Counted from the first letter of the stretch, positions 12,001 to 25,701 are shown. The stretch: 64,000 bases of DNA from Paraspadella gotoi (GCA_051294375.1 CM119271.1:11613896-11677895); one strand, 5' to 3'. A program made the numbers and translations. Notes: generated by a model from the letters alone, not told the origin.

Positions 12001-13577
12001 GCCGAGATTTCGTTTGTCACCGGTACGGTCTCTTGAACTCTTCGACGCCGAGATTTACTGACGCCGTCGGCCCAAAAAGGATTTTGGCACAAAATGCTAT
12101 CTTATTCGGCGTCGACTAATATAGCGGCGATGAGCGGGCAGCGGCGGCGGAATTCTTGCGCCGCACCCATTCGGGGGACGTCTGTCTGCCTCCTCTGTCA
12201 TTGAGAATATAAAGAGGAATTCGAAATTCCTGCAGAGGAAAATGTGATCGGGTATTCTGGATTGGCTTAGATAAATTCGGGAGCCGATTGGGAAGGAAAA
12301 ATGGGTTTGGAACAAGACCTGCCTGATGTGGGTTGGGTTCAGGTAAAATTTTGGGATAAAGAAGATTCTTGTACCGAAGATCATTATCCCGATGGGTTGT
12401 GGAGAGCAATGAAGCTTTTTACTACTCCTGTGTTATAATCCTATAGACTAGATGGATATTGGTACACCAAGCGATGCAGCCATTAAGTCCGAGTTGTTTG
12501 TGAACTGATCAGCAATGAACAGGGCTTATAAGAATTAAGGCACATCTAAAGTATAAACACCTCTACTACATTTTGTATAATCATCCACAACGCTAATAAT
12601 CGCTGCTTCTCTTTTTTTGAATAATGTGTGATTGATGAATCTTTGCTACTGGTATATTTCAGAGATGAAAGAAGTCCTCATGGAAAATGAGTGTTGTGTC
12701 TTGCTAATGCTCTGGAATCGGAGGATTTCTGGCAGAAATCGAACACATGATGGACCGAAAGGAAGAATGTTGATGTGTTGGCTAAGAAAAATTTCGGAGG
12801 GAAGAAGAATTTTGGGTTGAGGATGTAGTTAATGTTATGGGAGAGAAGAGGAGGTCATAGGATTGGTATATGAATTTGGCTGTGGATTGAAAAAACAAAA
12901 TGAATAAGGAAATGGAAGTTAATAGAAGGAAGAAGAGAAGAGGAAGAGAGAGAGAAGGTAGAAAGAGTAATGGACATCAAGAAAAGTGGAAACCTCTAGA
13001 AATCTCGCTTTACAAGCGGGACGGGAATCGATTCGCTGTGGATAAGGTGGGAAATTGAGAAGGAAAGAATAAGGTAGGTGATTTGGTTTTTCATGCAGTT
13101 TGAAAATATCTGTACACAGAACTGGAATTTTGACTTCTGTTAAAAGTGAAAAAAAGTTATGTGAACTGCGAAATTTCAAAACAAACACCAGAGAGGATAT
13201 TGACGACCAGAACCAATGTCATGACAAAGTACAGATAGTAAAATGTAACTGATTTTGAATGATATGTGCGATCTCTGCCCGCGGGATCGATGTGTCATTT
13301 TGCTCAGTAAATCCGATCACTCAGTCGAAGAGTTGAAATCAGTGATCAGAACAGGAAAAAAAATGTTTTCAAGAAGTGTAACATAAAACGCAGTTTGAAC
13401 AAAAATGAATCAGAAAAAGTTTTGTGCTTGAAAGATTTCTTGGTGATCGAATTCGCGTGATGAAGCAAATTGAAAACGAATTGAGTCGAGTATTTTGTTG
13501 ATGGCAGCTTGAAAAGTGGCGCCCTGGAGCAACTTGGAGGATTAAGCATGTCTCTCCGCGAGAGACAAGAGGACTAA
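8133..13577 (+). other. Inverted, indel-noisy copy of ~5111->397 including the lectin receptor exons (probable gap-filling artefact, not a confident pseudogene)
   Basis: 8133-~8350 is an essentially exact reverse complement of 4886-5111. Beyond that the copy has dense 1-2 bp indels spread over coding and non-coding parts alike, and it ends at a 25-N gap (13589-13613). Confidence 0.85.
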
Positions 13578-13613
13578 CTATGTATTGGNNNNNNNNNNNN
13601 NNNNNNNNNNNNN

Positions 13614-14658
13614 AGAAAGAAAGAAAGAAAGAAAGAAAGAAAGCAAGATAGAAAGAAAGAAAGATAGAAAGAAAGAAAGAAAAAGAGAAAGAAAGAAGCC
13701 AGGATATTCATCGACCCGCAACGTGGCATCAATGTCCTCGCAATTTTCTTTGGTCGCCAGACGGAATTCTGCTCCGCATTTCATTTCGTCGCCCGAGGGA
13801 GAGAAAAAGTCAGAAGCGGAAAGAGAGAAGCGGAAAGAGAGAAGCGGAAAGAGAGAAGCGGAAAGAGAGAAACGCAATAATGAAAGAAAATGGAACAGAA
13901 ATAAAGAAAAAAAAAAGAAAAAGAAAATAATAAGAAAACAAAAGAATTGAAAAGAAAGGAAATTTAAAAATAGAAAGAAAAAAAATTGAAAGTTAAAACC
14001 AAAAAATTATGGGGGAAAAGAAAAGAAACTAATGGCTGCGCCTATTCATTTGTAAATCGATGATGATGGTTAAAAAATATATTTTTAATTAATCTAAATT
14101 TAATTAAATATTTATATTATTAGAAGACGTTAAAAAATTGTTGTAAAAATTTCAAACGTCTTCTAATATCAAATACAGCAACGAAATGAAAGGATATCAC
14201 GATGTCTAATAATGATATTTGATTATAAATATTTTTTAAAAATTTTTAAGTAAAAAATAATTAAATTCTTTGAAACAAGAATTTTTTATTATTATTTACA
14301 AATAACAATTTTTTTAAAAACATAAAGAAAAGAGTTGTCTGCTTTAAAAACTAATAAAAATTTTATTGGTTCAAAGTTTGAAGCAAAAATATTTTTATTA
14401 GTTTTATTAGTTTTTGAATCAAACAATTTATATATGCCACGAAACAAAAGAAATTACAAATTAGGCGGTTTTGCCTGTTTTACGTAAATCGCTAAGGCTA
14501 TTTTTACAAAAAAAAGGATTTTTTCGTCTAAATTGGAAGAAAGAATTTGGTTCCATCTTTGGGATCCGAGCTGCCACGCCCTAATATCACGCCAGAGCGA
14601 ATTCGGTATAAACGACTTGGCTTAAATGTCAATTCTTTACACTTAGAATCTCAACCCT

Positions 14659-14744
<86 letters not shown>

Positions 14745-16250
14745 GCATGGAATGACGATGACTACGGAGAAGACGACGACGACGACGACGGCGACAATGA
14801 TAATGACGATAACCACAACGATTAATAGAAAAAATAATTTTGTCGAATCTCAAAGGAAAAGGAAAGAAAAGAGAAAAAATATAATATAAAAAAATGAAAT
14901 AATAAAAAAATAATAATAAAATTCTTGAATTTAACTTAAAAGGGCAGAAAGAAAAAATTCTAAAATTTATATTTTTAATTCGATAGATAAAAAAAAAAAG
15001 AAAAAAAACTGAGAGAGGGGGAGAGCTCCTCTGGGCAAAAAGAGGGAGCAGTGTTCATTGTTCAATTGAAATTTAGAAATGAAATGTCAAGTACAGGAAG
15101 ACCGATTTGCAACGAAATTAATTTCCTCTTTCATCAAATTGGTTTTTGGGGTCAAAAGCAGAAAAAAAAACTTTTATTGTCGCTAAAACTTCAACTGAAT
15201 TTTCTAAAATTCAAAGTTAAAGGAATTTAATATAAATCTTCGCTTTGAAAATAAAAATTATACTTGTATTGGCGCTCGTGACGGCGTGTGGGCGTGACCG
15301 TAAGGGGGAGAAAAGGGGCTCGACGTCCGACGGTCGTGGATTCGATATCTGCGTCTCACTTTGCCCCGTTTCTCGAGAGAGAGAACGCGACGACGATTAT
15401 GAAGACGATGAAGAAACGTGAACTCGGGATATCCCGATTATATTTTACATGAAGAATTGTTTAAGAATCGGGGGAAGTTGCCCCCGACGTCGTATGGTTT
15501 TAAGACCGTTTGTTAAACCAATTAATGTTTTAATGGCCTTTTTTATATTTTTAAATACTTAATTAAAAACTTATTGTTAAAGAAAAAACTTGTTAATTTT
15601 TTTTTCAAACACTGATGAAGACTCTAAACTGCAGAGTCGAAACATGTCTGCTGTAAACTACTAATACAATTCGTTGCCAAAACAAATCAAATTGTTTTTC
15701 TCCTAAGGACTTAATTAAGAAACCGTTTTTAATTGTCTCCTAGAATTAGTAATAAACAAACAACATTTGAAATAGCGATCGTCGCCAAAAAGTCGAGGCG
15801 GATCAAAAAATACTTTTAAGATTATATCTGAGATCAAAATGAATTAACTATTTAAAATTTAAAAGGAGCATGATTGACTCGCCCTACTTTAATACGTATC
15901 ACATCTAACTTACCCACATTTTTTATCTAACTTACCCATAACCTACCAACCTTCCAGCCCGCAGACCTACTTACCTCGAAATTTTCGAAAAGTAAGTTGA
16001 TGGCCCTCATTCCGTCGGCACTGACGCCCGAGTCTCGCGGCGCCAGAAGTAGCGCCGGGATGAGGAGCATCCTAGCGCCGCTGCCGCCGTCGGCCAGCGG
16101 AGCCGACGCGACGGCGCAGCGAGAGAAAAGCAGCAGCGTCGTCCATTGTGGCAGCAGAAGAAAACAAGCCAGTGCGGGGATAAGACGAGATGTCATTGTC
16201 GGGTTTGAATTGAGATGTGGTCGGTTTGAATTGAAATGTTGTGGGTTTGA
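13614..16250 (+). other. Direct, indel-noisy copy of ~5112-7800 (probable assembly redundancy)
   Basis: Landmarks are colinear (AGCCAGGA(A)TATTCATCGAC at 5202/13697, the family A repeat, GATAAGACGAGATGTC at 7721/16178). It differs mostly by single-base indels and starts right after a 25-N gap. Confidence 0.85.
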
Positions 16251-16819
16251 ATTGAGATGTTGTGGGTTTGAATTGAGAATTTGTCGGTTAATTGTCGGTT
16301 CATTGGTTTAAGAATTCGAATGGCGAATGGCGGACGAATTGGGGAATCCTGTCGGGAGAGTTTTTAACAGCGCAGTTTAAACGGAGATTTTTTTTGTCTA
16401 TTTGTTAATTTATTTATATATATTTATTCATTCATCTATTTAGTAATCAATTTATTTATTTATTTATTTTATTAAGCGCCGATCCATTCACGCGAATGTT
16501 TGTCTTGTTTCATTTAATATTTTATAATTTGTTCTCATTTTCCAAAAGGCGTCAGTTTCAATTTTTTTATTTTCTTTCAGTCGCCGGAAGAGGAGCCACC
16601 GTCTCTGTCGCCTGATCTTTTGTCTTTTTCGTCACCGATGCTCTTTTGTTTTGGTCGAAGAATAAGAATTTGATTAAAACCAACTTTTTCGTTGTTTTCT
16701 TTTTTTTTTTTTCTGTTGGGAGAGAAAACATAAGGGAAAAGGGCGAGTGTCTTTTGTTTTTTTACTTTATTTATTTGGATTTTCTGAAAAACAAAATGAA
16801 AATAAGGAAATGAAGTTTA

Positions 16820-17365
16820 ATATAGAAAAGAGAAGGAAGAGAGAGGAGAGAAGGAGAGGAAAGGAAAGGAAAGGAAAGGAAAGGAAAGGAAAGAAAAGAA
16901 TAGGAGAAGGAGAGGTAAGAGAGGGAAAGCAAAGGAAAGAAAAGGAGATAAGAGAGGATGAGAGGACGGGAACAAAAAGGAGAGGAAAGAAAAGGAAAGG
17001 AAAGAAAAGGAGAGAAGAAGACAAAAAAATAAAAGAATAGGCGACGAAAAGATCAAAGAAAATCAAAATGAAAAAAGAAAAAAAGAAAAAAAAGAGAAAC
17101 TGAAACCAAGAAATCGAAGAAAAGTAAATCAAGATGGCGACGCAAAGTGAGACAGAGTGAAAGAGGCGGAGGGAAGGAATGAGAGAGAGAGAGAGAGAGA
17201 TGGGAGAGAGAGAGAGAGAGAGAAGCGAGCCCAGAGAGAGAGAGAGGAGAGAGAGAGAAAGAGCGAGGAGTCGAGATGAGATGAAAGATAGAGGAAAAAC
17301 GCGTGAGAAGGCGAAAAAAAAGAAAAACAAATCAAGTTTGACTTGAGAGAAAGAGAGAGAGGAGA

Positions 17366-17398
<33 letters not shown>

Positions 17399-17919
17399 GA
17401 TGAGAGAGAGAGGAGAGAGAGCAGGGAGAGGGCAAAGCGAAAGAGAGGAGAAAAAAAGCTGTTGAGATAGAGAGAGAGAGAGAGAGAGAGAAAGCAAAGG
17501 TGTAGGGGAGAGAGTAAAGGGTAATTTAAGGAAGGAAAGAAAAAGAAAAAAGTTTAAGGAAATTGTAAAGAATAAGAGAAAAGAAAGGAAGAAAAGAAAG
17601 GAAGAAAATAAAGGAAGAAAAGAAAGGAAGAAAAGAAAGGAAGAAAAGAAAGGAAGAAAAAAGGAAAAAGGAGAAAAGAGAGAGAAAACTGAGAGATTAA
17701 AAGGAGAGATTAGTTTAAAAAGAGAGATGGGATTAAAAAGAGAGATGAGATTAAAAAGAGAGATGATTTTAAAAAGAGAGATGAGATTAAAAAGAGAGAT
17801 GAGAGGAAAAGTGAAGATGGGATGAAGAATCTAAAAAGGAGATGACAACAGTTAAAAAGAATTTGTAAGAGTTGAGAGGAATTTTAATGAGAGAGTAGGG
17901 GATAAAGAAAAGAGAGAGG

Positions 17920-17965
<46 letters not shown>

Positions 17966-18405
17966 AAAGGACTTTCGCAGCAGAAAAAAAATTGAATTCG
18001 GATTTTATCGGATTTTTTCTCTTTTTTTCTTTTTCTTTTCTTCTCTCCTTCTTTCTCCTTCTTTTTATTNNNNNNNNNNATTCTTTTTCCTTCTGTTTCT
18101 TTTCTTCTCTCCTTCTTTCTCCTTTTTTCTTTTCTTCTCTCTTTCTTTCTTCTTCTTTTTATTTTTTTCTCTCCTTCTTTCTCCTTCTTTTTCTTTTCTT
18201 CTATCCTTCTTTTTCCTTCTTTTTCTTTTCTTCTATCCTTCTTTCTCTTTTTTTTTCTTTTCTTCTCTCCTTCTTTCTCCTTCTTTTTCTTTTCTTCTCT
18301 CCTTCTTTTTCTTTCTTTTTCTTTTCTTCTCTCCTTCTTTCTCCTTCTCCTTCCTCCGTCCCTAATTCCAACCGAGAGATTCTGTTCCGGACGAAGGAAT
18401 TCTCA

Positions 18406-18493
<88 letters not shown>

Positions 18494-18533
18494 ATTGTTT
18501 GTCCAGCTGCTCAGTTTCGCAATTTGGTCAACA

Positions 18534-18576
<43 letters not shown>

Positions 18577-18580
18577 TGTT
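16820..18580. repeat. Compound microsatellite / low-complexity block: (AG)n, (AAAGG)n, ~18-bp GAGATGAGATTAAAAAGA repeats, CT-rich tract, (GCC)n and (CGT)n
   Basis: Seen directly. The (GCC)n run is at ~18407-18493 and the (CGT)n run at ~18534-18575. Confidence 0.9.
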
Positions 18581-20037
18581 GTCGTCGTTGTTGTGGTTTC
18601 GCAGAAATCTGGGTGAATTTCTGTGACCGAGAAAAAGATTTCACCTTCAGAGAAAAAGATCGTGAGATGATTGTGAATTAGGCCGGAGGATTTTGTGAGT
18701 TACTGAACACTATTCCGTGAACAGTCGTATTACTAAAAAGTAATTCATAATACATACCACAAGTACAGAAATTGTCTCATTGTGTCCGGATGTCGGAAAA
18801 ATTAATGATTATGTAGTATGTACTATTTGAAAAAATAAAAGAACGTAAATAATAAAGAAGGAAACAAAAATATAGGACTGTTCATTTGTTTTCTTCAAGC
18901 CTCATTTCAAAACCTCATTTGCCCATTTTTTTATTGATAAACATTGATAAACTTATATAGAAAAGGCTTAATGACAGCGCAACTAAAAAAGGGAAAAGAA
19001 AGGAAGAGAAGTAAGATGAAAAGAAAAAAGAGGAAGACTTGGGAAAAGAAAGGAAGAGAAGTAAGATGAAAGGAAAAAAAGGAAAAGTTGAAAGTAGAGA
19101 TTCGCCGAAACATTTCGAGTTGGCAGACGAAGAAATTGCATGTCAGTCAAAGATGTGAGGGAGAGAAAGAGAGAGGAAGAAAGAGTGTGTGTGTGTGTGT
19201 GTGTACGGCCCGCGCGACGCGCGCGACCGCCGCCGCCGCAGCCGCCATTAAACGTCCCGTCGCCAAACGAGACCGGTTTGTTTCCGATCCAATCTCTCTC
19301 TCTNNNNNNNNNNNNNNNNNNNNNNNNNTAGATCAATAGAGAGAGAAAACCCATGGGCTTTTCATATATAAAGTTCAAAATGAAGTATGGTTCTTTATTA
19401 TTGGAGAACGAGCTGTGGTCTACACGGCAGAGTAAGATTACGTAAGGTCAAAGACCCGTCAACTTCAATCAAATTGATTTTATACATGAAAAAATGAAAA
19501 ATTCCCTCGGCGCATCCCCCATCCTCGATGGCCCGTGCCCAACGACCGACTACACTTTCAGGATATCTAGCCATCATATTATTTACTATTTTATAAAGGC
19601 TTTTGACCGATTGGGATTTTATATAGCACCAGTACATTTCACAGCGAAAAGATTCGCACCCCGTCGACCGCGGAAACGACTGAACATTACCCCACATTAT
19701 TTCTTCTCAGTCTCTCTCTCTCTCTTCTCACACCACACGGCGGCGGCGGCGGCTGTGGCTGCGGCGGCGGCTACGTCTGCGGCGGCGTCAGTTGATCACG
19801 GGCGCAAAATTGCAAAAAAATTTCGTCCAATTTTTGTCGCGTGAAAAATGAGAATCGTTTGGTCTTTAATCTAAAGAGAATTATCTGCTGGAGTTGGAAG
19901 CATCTATGCTGGAGTTGACATAATCTCTGCTGAAGTTGACAAAAGATAAAATTTGAAAAATTATTTGTTTCACTATTCTGTCTTCCTAGATTGATATTCT
20001 TTGTTGATATTGTTCATTTTTTCTGTTTGATGATAGG

Positions 20038-20095
20038 CAGGGATGTTGAGCCGGAGCTGGAGCCGAGACAAAATTAGGTCGGCTCCACATCCCTG
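20038..20095. mobile_element. 58-bp non-autonomous hAT-type MITE
   Basis: The 16-bp TIRs CAGGGATGTTGAGCCG ... CGGCTCCACATCCCTG have one mismatch. They are flanked by a perfect 8-bp direct repeat ATGATAGG (20030-20037 and 20096-20103). CAGGG ends with an 8-bp TSD are hAT hallmarks. Confidence 0.88.
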
Positions 20096-20404
20096 ATGAT
20101 AGGTTAAAATACTTTCTGTCCCAGTTTTCTAATAAATGCTTTTGTTCGTACAATCTCTGCTGGAGTTGACAGAATCTCTGCTGGAGTTGGCACAGACTAC
20201 GAATGACCAGAATCTTTCCCTCGTTTAATGAGATGGAATTTTTGTCACTTTCAGCCGCAGAACGATAAACCTTCGACGTCTTTATCGTCGTCGTCGTCGT
20301 CGTCGTCGTCTTCGTCCTCATCCGGAATCCCGATATTTTCGAAGATAAAAGTGATAAAAAATCGTCAATACGAAAGACGAAAGGCGAAGGTCGAATGAAT
20401 ACGG

Positions 20405-20560
20405 ATGTCATCAACTGACAGAACACGTCATCAAATGACAACGGGTGTCATCGACTGACAAATGGTTTCAACTGACAAAGGGTGTCATTAAATGACAACA
20501 CATACCATAAAGTAACGCCCGTTGCCATTTACTGACAATCGATCCTCATAAACTGACAAT
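20405..20560 (+). repeat. Degenerate ~20-bp minisatellite (GTCATCAACTGACA..)
   Basis: GTCATC(A/G)A(C/A)TGACA units recur at about 20-bp spacing. Confidence 0.6.
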
Positions 20561-20797
20561 GAATGACGACAAGACTTCGGCAGTTGGTGCAATCAAGATT
20601 GAAAGCGACGGTTGAAGTCGGAATTGAAAGATTTATTGCAGATGGACGTTTGACGTTTAACTTTGGAAAATGAGAAAAATAAACTCGACTAAGGAGAATT
20701 TATAACGAACGAGATACTGACAGTTCGGTTCACATACGTTTACCAGAATACGTTGACACGAAGTAAGTGTCACGGGCAACTAAAGCGATTTTCACAT

Positions 20798-21120
20798 GGG
20801 ATGCCACAATCTATTGCCACAAAGTATGCCACTAAATATGCCACAAACGATTGCCACAAAGATTGCGACGAAGGATGCCACAAAATATTGCCACAAAAGA
20901 TTGCCACAGATAAGGTCCAAAACGATTGTCACACGGGACGCCATAAACGATTGCCACTAAGGATGCCACAGAGATGCCACAAAGGATGCCACAGAGATGC
21001 CACAAAAGATGCCACAGAGATGTCACAAGGATGCCACAGAGGATGCTACAGAGATGCTACAAGGGTGCCACAGAGATACCACAAGGGATGCCACAGAGGA
21101 TACCGCAGAGGATGCCACAG
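20798..21120 (+). repeat. 11-12-bp minisatellite (GATGCCACAGA / GATGCCACAAAG)
   Basis: More than 20 degenerate tandem units. Mixed 11/12-bp units argue against coding. Confidence 0.85.
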
Positions 21121-21812
21121 TGAAATGTACCAAAAGAGAAGAGAAACAAAGAGAAGCGACGAAAGAGGAGGAGGAGGAGGAGGAGGAGGAAGAGATTCGT
21201 CGCCATCAGCGCGGAATTTATGGCGACAGTAAAGAATCAGGGTGGAGGCAGTGAGGGAGGGGGGCGGGGGACTGGGAGTGGTTTGAGTGGGTGATGGAGG
21301 TGGAAGGAAGGTGGCATCAAATGAGATGGAGTCTATGGTGGTTGGGAAGAGAGAGAGAGTGGTTAAAGGGTGGTTTGAGATGTGTTGATGAAGAAGATAA
21401 TAGGTGGATCATATTTGAAGGAAGAGAAAGACAAGAATTAGTCCGTTGTTGTGGGAAAATGGGATGAAGTGGAAAAGAGAACATTGCAAGTGGAGTATTA
21501 AGTGCGGCTGCAGTAGCAAGTTTAAATGGAATAGCAAATTAGCAGCAAGTGCGGCTGCAGTAGCAAGATGATCATCTATGTATCAAATGAGTCGCAAGTT
21601 TAGCAAGTGAAGTGTAGCAAGTATAGCAAGGTTGTAGCACCGTCTGGCTGTGAATGTTTTGACTCGGTCGAAGTTCACTGTTCAGTTGTGAGTGCAATGT
21701 GTGACTTCACCCCGCAGTCTCTCGGCAAAAAAGGGAAAAAGGGAAAGAAAAGACGATATCAAGATGTTGTTTACGCTTTTACGCCTTTTGCTGTCCTCGC
21801 CGTGGTCGTCGT

Positions 21813-21845
<33 letters not shown>

Positions 21846-23110
21846 CAGCGTCGTCGTTCTCTGGGCAACATTGTTTTCTAGTTCTTAAACGAGGATTTTC
21901 TTCTCTTTGATTCTTTTTTTTACTACGAAAACGAATCTTATTTATTTCTCTGTCAACATCTTGTTTTTTTAAGGTCGACCCCGTTCTTGTTTTCGTCGTT
22001 GTTTTCGTCATTGTTTTCGTCGCTGTTTTCCCCTGTGTTTTCCTGGATGTCTTGTGCTTTGTCCGCTTTGTCCGCTGATTTTTGTCGTTGCTATTTGGCT
22101 TTGTTTTCTGATATTGTTTTCTTTCAGTTTTTAATATTTGATTTTTTTTCCCAAAATGTTTTTCACTCAATTTTCTGTTTTTATTTCTGATGTTTGTTTT
22201 TTTCTACGCTTAGAAGAGAGAGAGAGAGAGAGAGAGTTGAGATGAGAGAGAGAAGAGAGCAGAGAGAGAAAGAGAGATGAGAGCAGAGGAGAGAGAGAGA
22301 AGATTTTCTTGACCTTTCCGCCGACGAGTTTTTTCGCCCCTTAAAAATTTTCGTGCGCTTCGAATCTTCTGACTGCGAAATTCATCTTTCGTTAATAATT
22401 TGTCCTCAGCCTCAGCAGAGCCGCAGCGGAGAATCCTCAGCCGCTGCAGCACCGCGACCGCAACCCGCAGCAGCAGCCGCTTGTGTCATTTTCTTTTTCA
22501 TCTTTTCTGCGACTTTTTTTTCCTCATTTTTCGCATTTTTATGCATAAATATTTTTAGGTCGACGTCTTTGCGCTATGATGCTTTCTATTCAAGGTTAAG
22601 AGGCGGATACTTTGATATATACGCCTCTGCTCGCTCTCTGTCTTTCTCTCTCTTTATTCTCTTTATATATATCTCGCTCTCCCTCTTTTCCTCGTTATCT
22701 CTTTTCATTTCTCTGATTACACTTTTCTCCTTTTTTCTTTCATACTTTTTCTTTTCTTTTTCTTTCTCTTTATTTATATTTTGTATCTTTACTGTTTGTA
22801 CATCTTTCTCTTCTCCCTCGCTTTTTTCCGTTCTCTTTCTCTCTCTCTCTCTTTTCTTTCTTTCCTCTCCTTTTAGTTTTTTTTAACCTATTTTTTTCTT
22901 TTTCTTTTTATTTCTTTACTTTTCCTATCTGTTTAACTCTCTCTTTTCTATACTGTTTTTAACGTTTTACTCTCTCTACCCTCTCTTTACCTCTCTTTTT
23001 TCTTCTCTCTTCCTATCTTTTTTCCCTCCTCGTTCGTCCCTGACTTTTAATCCTCATTTCAATATTACATTTTTTTTTACTCCTGACTTGGAATTTATTT
23101 TCGTTTTCTA

Positions 23111-23174
<64 letters not shown>

Positions 23175-23879
23175 TCCCTCCGACTCTCTCATTCTTTTTT
23201 CAATATGGTCTCACCCTTTGGTATTTGGAAATGACCTTCGAAACTGAGCAAAAGCCTCTTTGCTCTTAAATCTATAAACTTGCCCTTAACCATCGGATCT
23301 TGCCCTTAACCTTTGCCCTTAGCCTTTGACCTTTTTGCCAGTGACCTTTTGNNNNNNNNNNTTAGCCTTTGACCTTTTTGCCAGTGACCTTTTGACCTTA
23401 AGGCGTTCCGACATAATTAATGGACTTTGTTCTTCGTTACTGAAAACTGTTACGTCGTCGTCGTCGTCGTCGTCGTCATCGCTGAAAATTGCGCCGTCGT
23501 CTTTCTTGACAAACGAGGTTTGTCCGTCGCGTATTTAGAGGTCGTCGTCGTTGTTGTTGTCGTTGTTGTCGTCGTCGTTATCGTCGTCGTCTTTTTTGTC
23601 GTCGTCGTTATCGTCGTCGTCGTCGTCGCTTGCTCCTTGGACGGACGGACGGACGGACGGACCGATGGACTAAGTGACAAAGAAACGAACTTAAATACAG
23701 ACGGACAAAAGTAGGAAATATAAAAACGAACGGACGGACGGACGGACGAACGAACGAACGAACGGACGGACGAACGGACGAACGGACGGACGAACAGACG
23801 GACGGACGGACGGACGGACGGATGGTCATTTTTCGTTTCTATTTTAAGAATCTGCCGAAGATATCGCGTTGAGGGTTCC

Positions 23880-24155
23880 TGCGTCAGTCCCGTCGGTCAG
23901 TCCGTCGGTCGGTCAGTCCGGTCGAGTCAGTCAGTCGGTCAGTCCGTCGGTCAGGGTCCGTCCGGGGTATGTCAGTTCGGTCAGTCCGTCGGTATGTCAG
24001 TCGCGTCCAGTCCTTCCGGTATGTCAGTCGGTCAGTATCCGTCGGCTATGTTTCAGTCCGCCGGGTCAGTCCCCGTCGTAGTGTCAGTCGCGTCAGTCCC
24101 GTCGGGTTTTTATTGTCAGTCGGTCCACGTCCCGTCGGTATGGGTCCAGTCCGTT
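23880..24155 (+). repeat. Degenerate GTCAGTCCGTCG-type tandem repeat, preceded by (GGAC)n/(GAAC)n at 23638-23822
   Basis: Seen directly. Confidence 0.8.
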
Positions 24156-24199
24156 TTCAAGTTGAAAAAGAAAACAGATAATGTAAGTTATTTATAGTG

Positions 24200-24965
24200 A
24201 TACTACGTACATATTAAAATCTGTTCTCTCTATGTTTGTGGATTCACCTTGGTCTATTTTTCACAATAGTTAATATAGTTATTACTTTATAGTAATACTT
24301 ACTACATCATACTTAAGACTGTCTCTCTATGTTTTGGATTCACGTCTTTTCTATCTTCACAATAGATAAATATAGTTTCAATCTAGCTTATCAGTAAGTA
24401 CTAACTACCACTATTAGAAACTGCTCTGCTATGCTTCGCATGTGGTTCACATCTATTTTGTTCTATTTTCACACCAATTAGATACATTATAGTTCTATTA
24501 CTTATAGTAATACTACTACATATTAAACTGCTCTCTCTATGTTTGGGATTCCTCTCCTTCATTTTTTCAACAATAGATAATTATTTATTACTCTATATAG
24601 TTAATACTTCGTATACATATTATTTAACTTGTCTTTCTGATTTTGGGCGATTCACTCTTTTCTATTGTCACATAGGATGAATATAGTTTTCACTGTGAAC
24701 CGTTGAGTAAATACTATCGAAACATATTATAACCTGTCCTCTCCTCTATAATTTTGTTATTCACCTTTTTCTATTTTCTACCAAATAGATAATTATATAG
24801 TTTATTACTTATAGTAATCATCTACCTAACATATTTCAAACTGTCTCTCTATGTTTTGGATTCCACTCTTTTCTATTTTTACAATAGATAATTATAGTTT
24901 ATTACTCCTATTTATGCTAATACTACCACAACAATATTTAAACTGCTCTCTCTAAATGTTTTTGA
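24200..24965 (+). repeat. ~90-bp AT-rich minisatellite, ~8 noisy copies
   Basis: The unit is approximately TACTACTACATATTAAACTGTCTCTCTATGTTTTGGATTCACTCTTTTCTATTTTCACAATAGATAATATAGTTTATTACTTATAGTAA. Unit starts are near 24201, 24296, 24399, 24511, 24605, 24712, 24820 and 24921. Confidence 0.85.
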
Positions 24966-25701
24966 TCTTAGTTTTCCTCTTTATTTACTTTTCTTGGGTC
25001 AAAACTCGAGAGAGAAAAATCTGTAATAAACAGAAAAACACAAAATAACAACAACAAAAGCGAGTTGAGCATTCGATGTCTGACGTTGTCTGAAACGAGG
25101 CGACCAATTACAAGGCGAGGCTTGTGAGCGAAAGGCCGAAACGTTATCGTTGTGAAACTTAAAAGAAAGCCCGGCGGCCAATTANNNNNNNNNNNNNNNN
25201 NNNNNNNNNNNNNNNNNNNNNNNNNNNNNNNNNNNNNNNNNNNNNNNNNNNNNNNNNNNNNNNNNNNNNNNNNNNNNNNNNNNNNNNNNNNNNNNNNNNN
25301 NNNNNNNNNNNNNNNNNNNNNNNNNNNNNNNNNNNNNNNNNNNNNNNNNNNNNNNNNNNNNNNNNNNNNNNNNNNNNNNNNNNNNNNNNNNNNNNNNNNN
25401 NNNNNNNNNNNNNNNNNNNNNNNNNNNNNNNNNNNNNNNNGCGGCGGCGGCGGCGGCGGCGGCGGCCGCCAGAACACGCACGGGATTTTGCTAAGAAAGT
25501 CGTACATCGTTAAAGACAGGAAGTTGCCACATGAGAGTTGTGACACAAAAGTTGTAACATTTACGTTGTAATTTCAGAATTACGACTTTCTGATCGTTAA
25601 CAAATAGTAAAATTATACAAAAATGAATAGAATAAATACTTAAAAAACCATTGACGTGTTCATTATTTTGTCAACAGCTTGCTATACTACAAGCATTTGC
25701 C

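Noticed and set aside
9940-13577. Pseudogene or paralogue of the lectin receptor
   Set aside because: The error pattern (dense indels, few substitutions, ending at a 25-N gap) fits a raw long read better than evolutionary decay.
16747-18681. Long Phe/Leu/Ser-rich or Lys/Arg/Glu-rich ORFs (also 30592-31428, 36684-37520, 38957-39787, 55449-56120)
   Set aside because: They are translations of (AG)n/(CT)n/(AAAG)n low-complexity DNA that lacks stop codons.
20753-21254. Cys/His-rich repeat protein (GCHR repeats)
   Set aside because: It comes from an 11-12-bp minisatellite with mixed unit lengths, and no splice or domain support was found.
23319-23398. Direct repeat TTAGCCTTTGACCTTTTTGCCAGTGACCTTTTG on both sides of a 10-N gap
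   Set aside because: It is most simply an unmerged contig overlap.
24200-24965. Second CRISPR-like or coding repeat
   Set aside because: Variation between units is indel noise rather than spacers, and there is no sustained reading frame.
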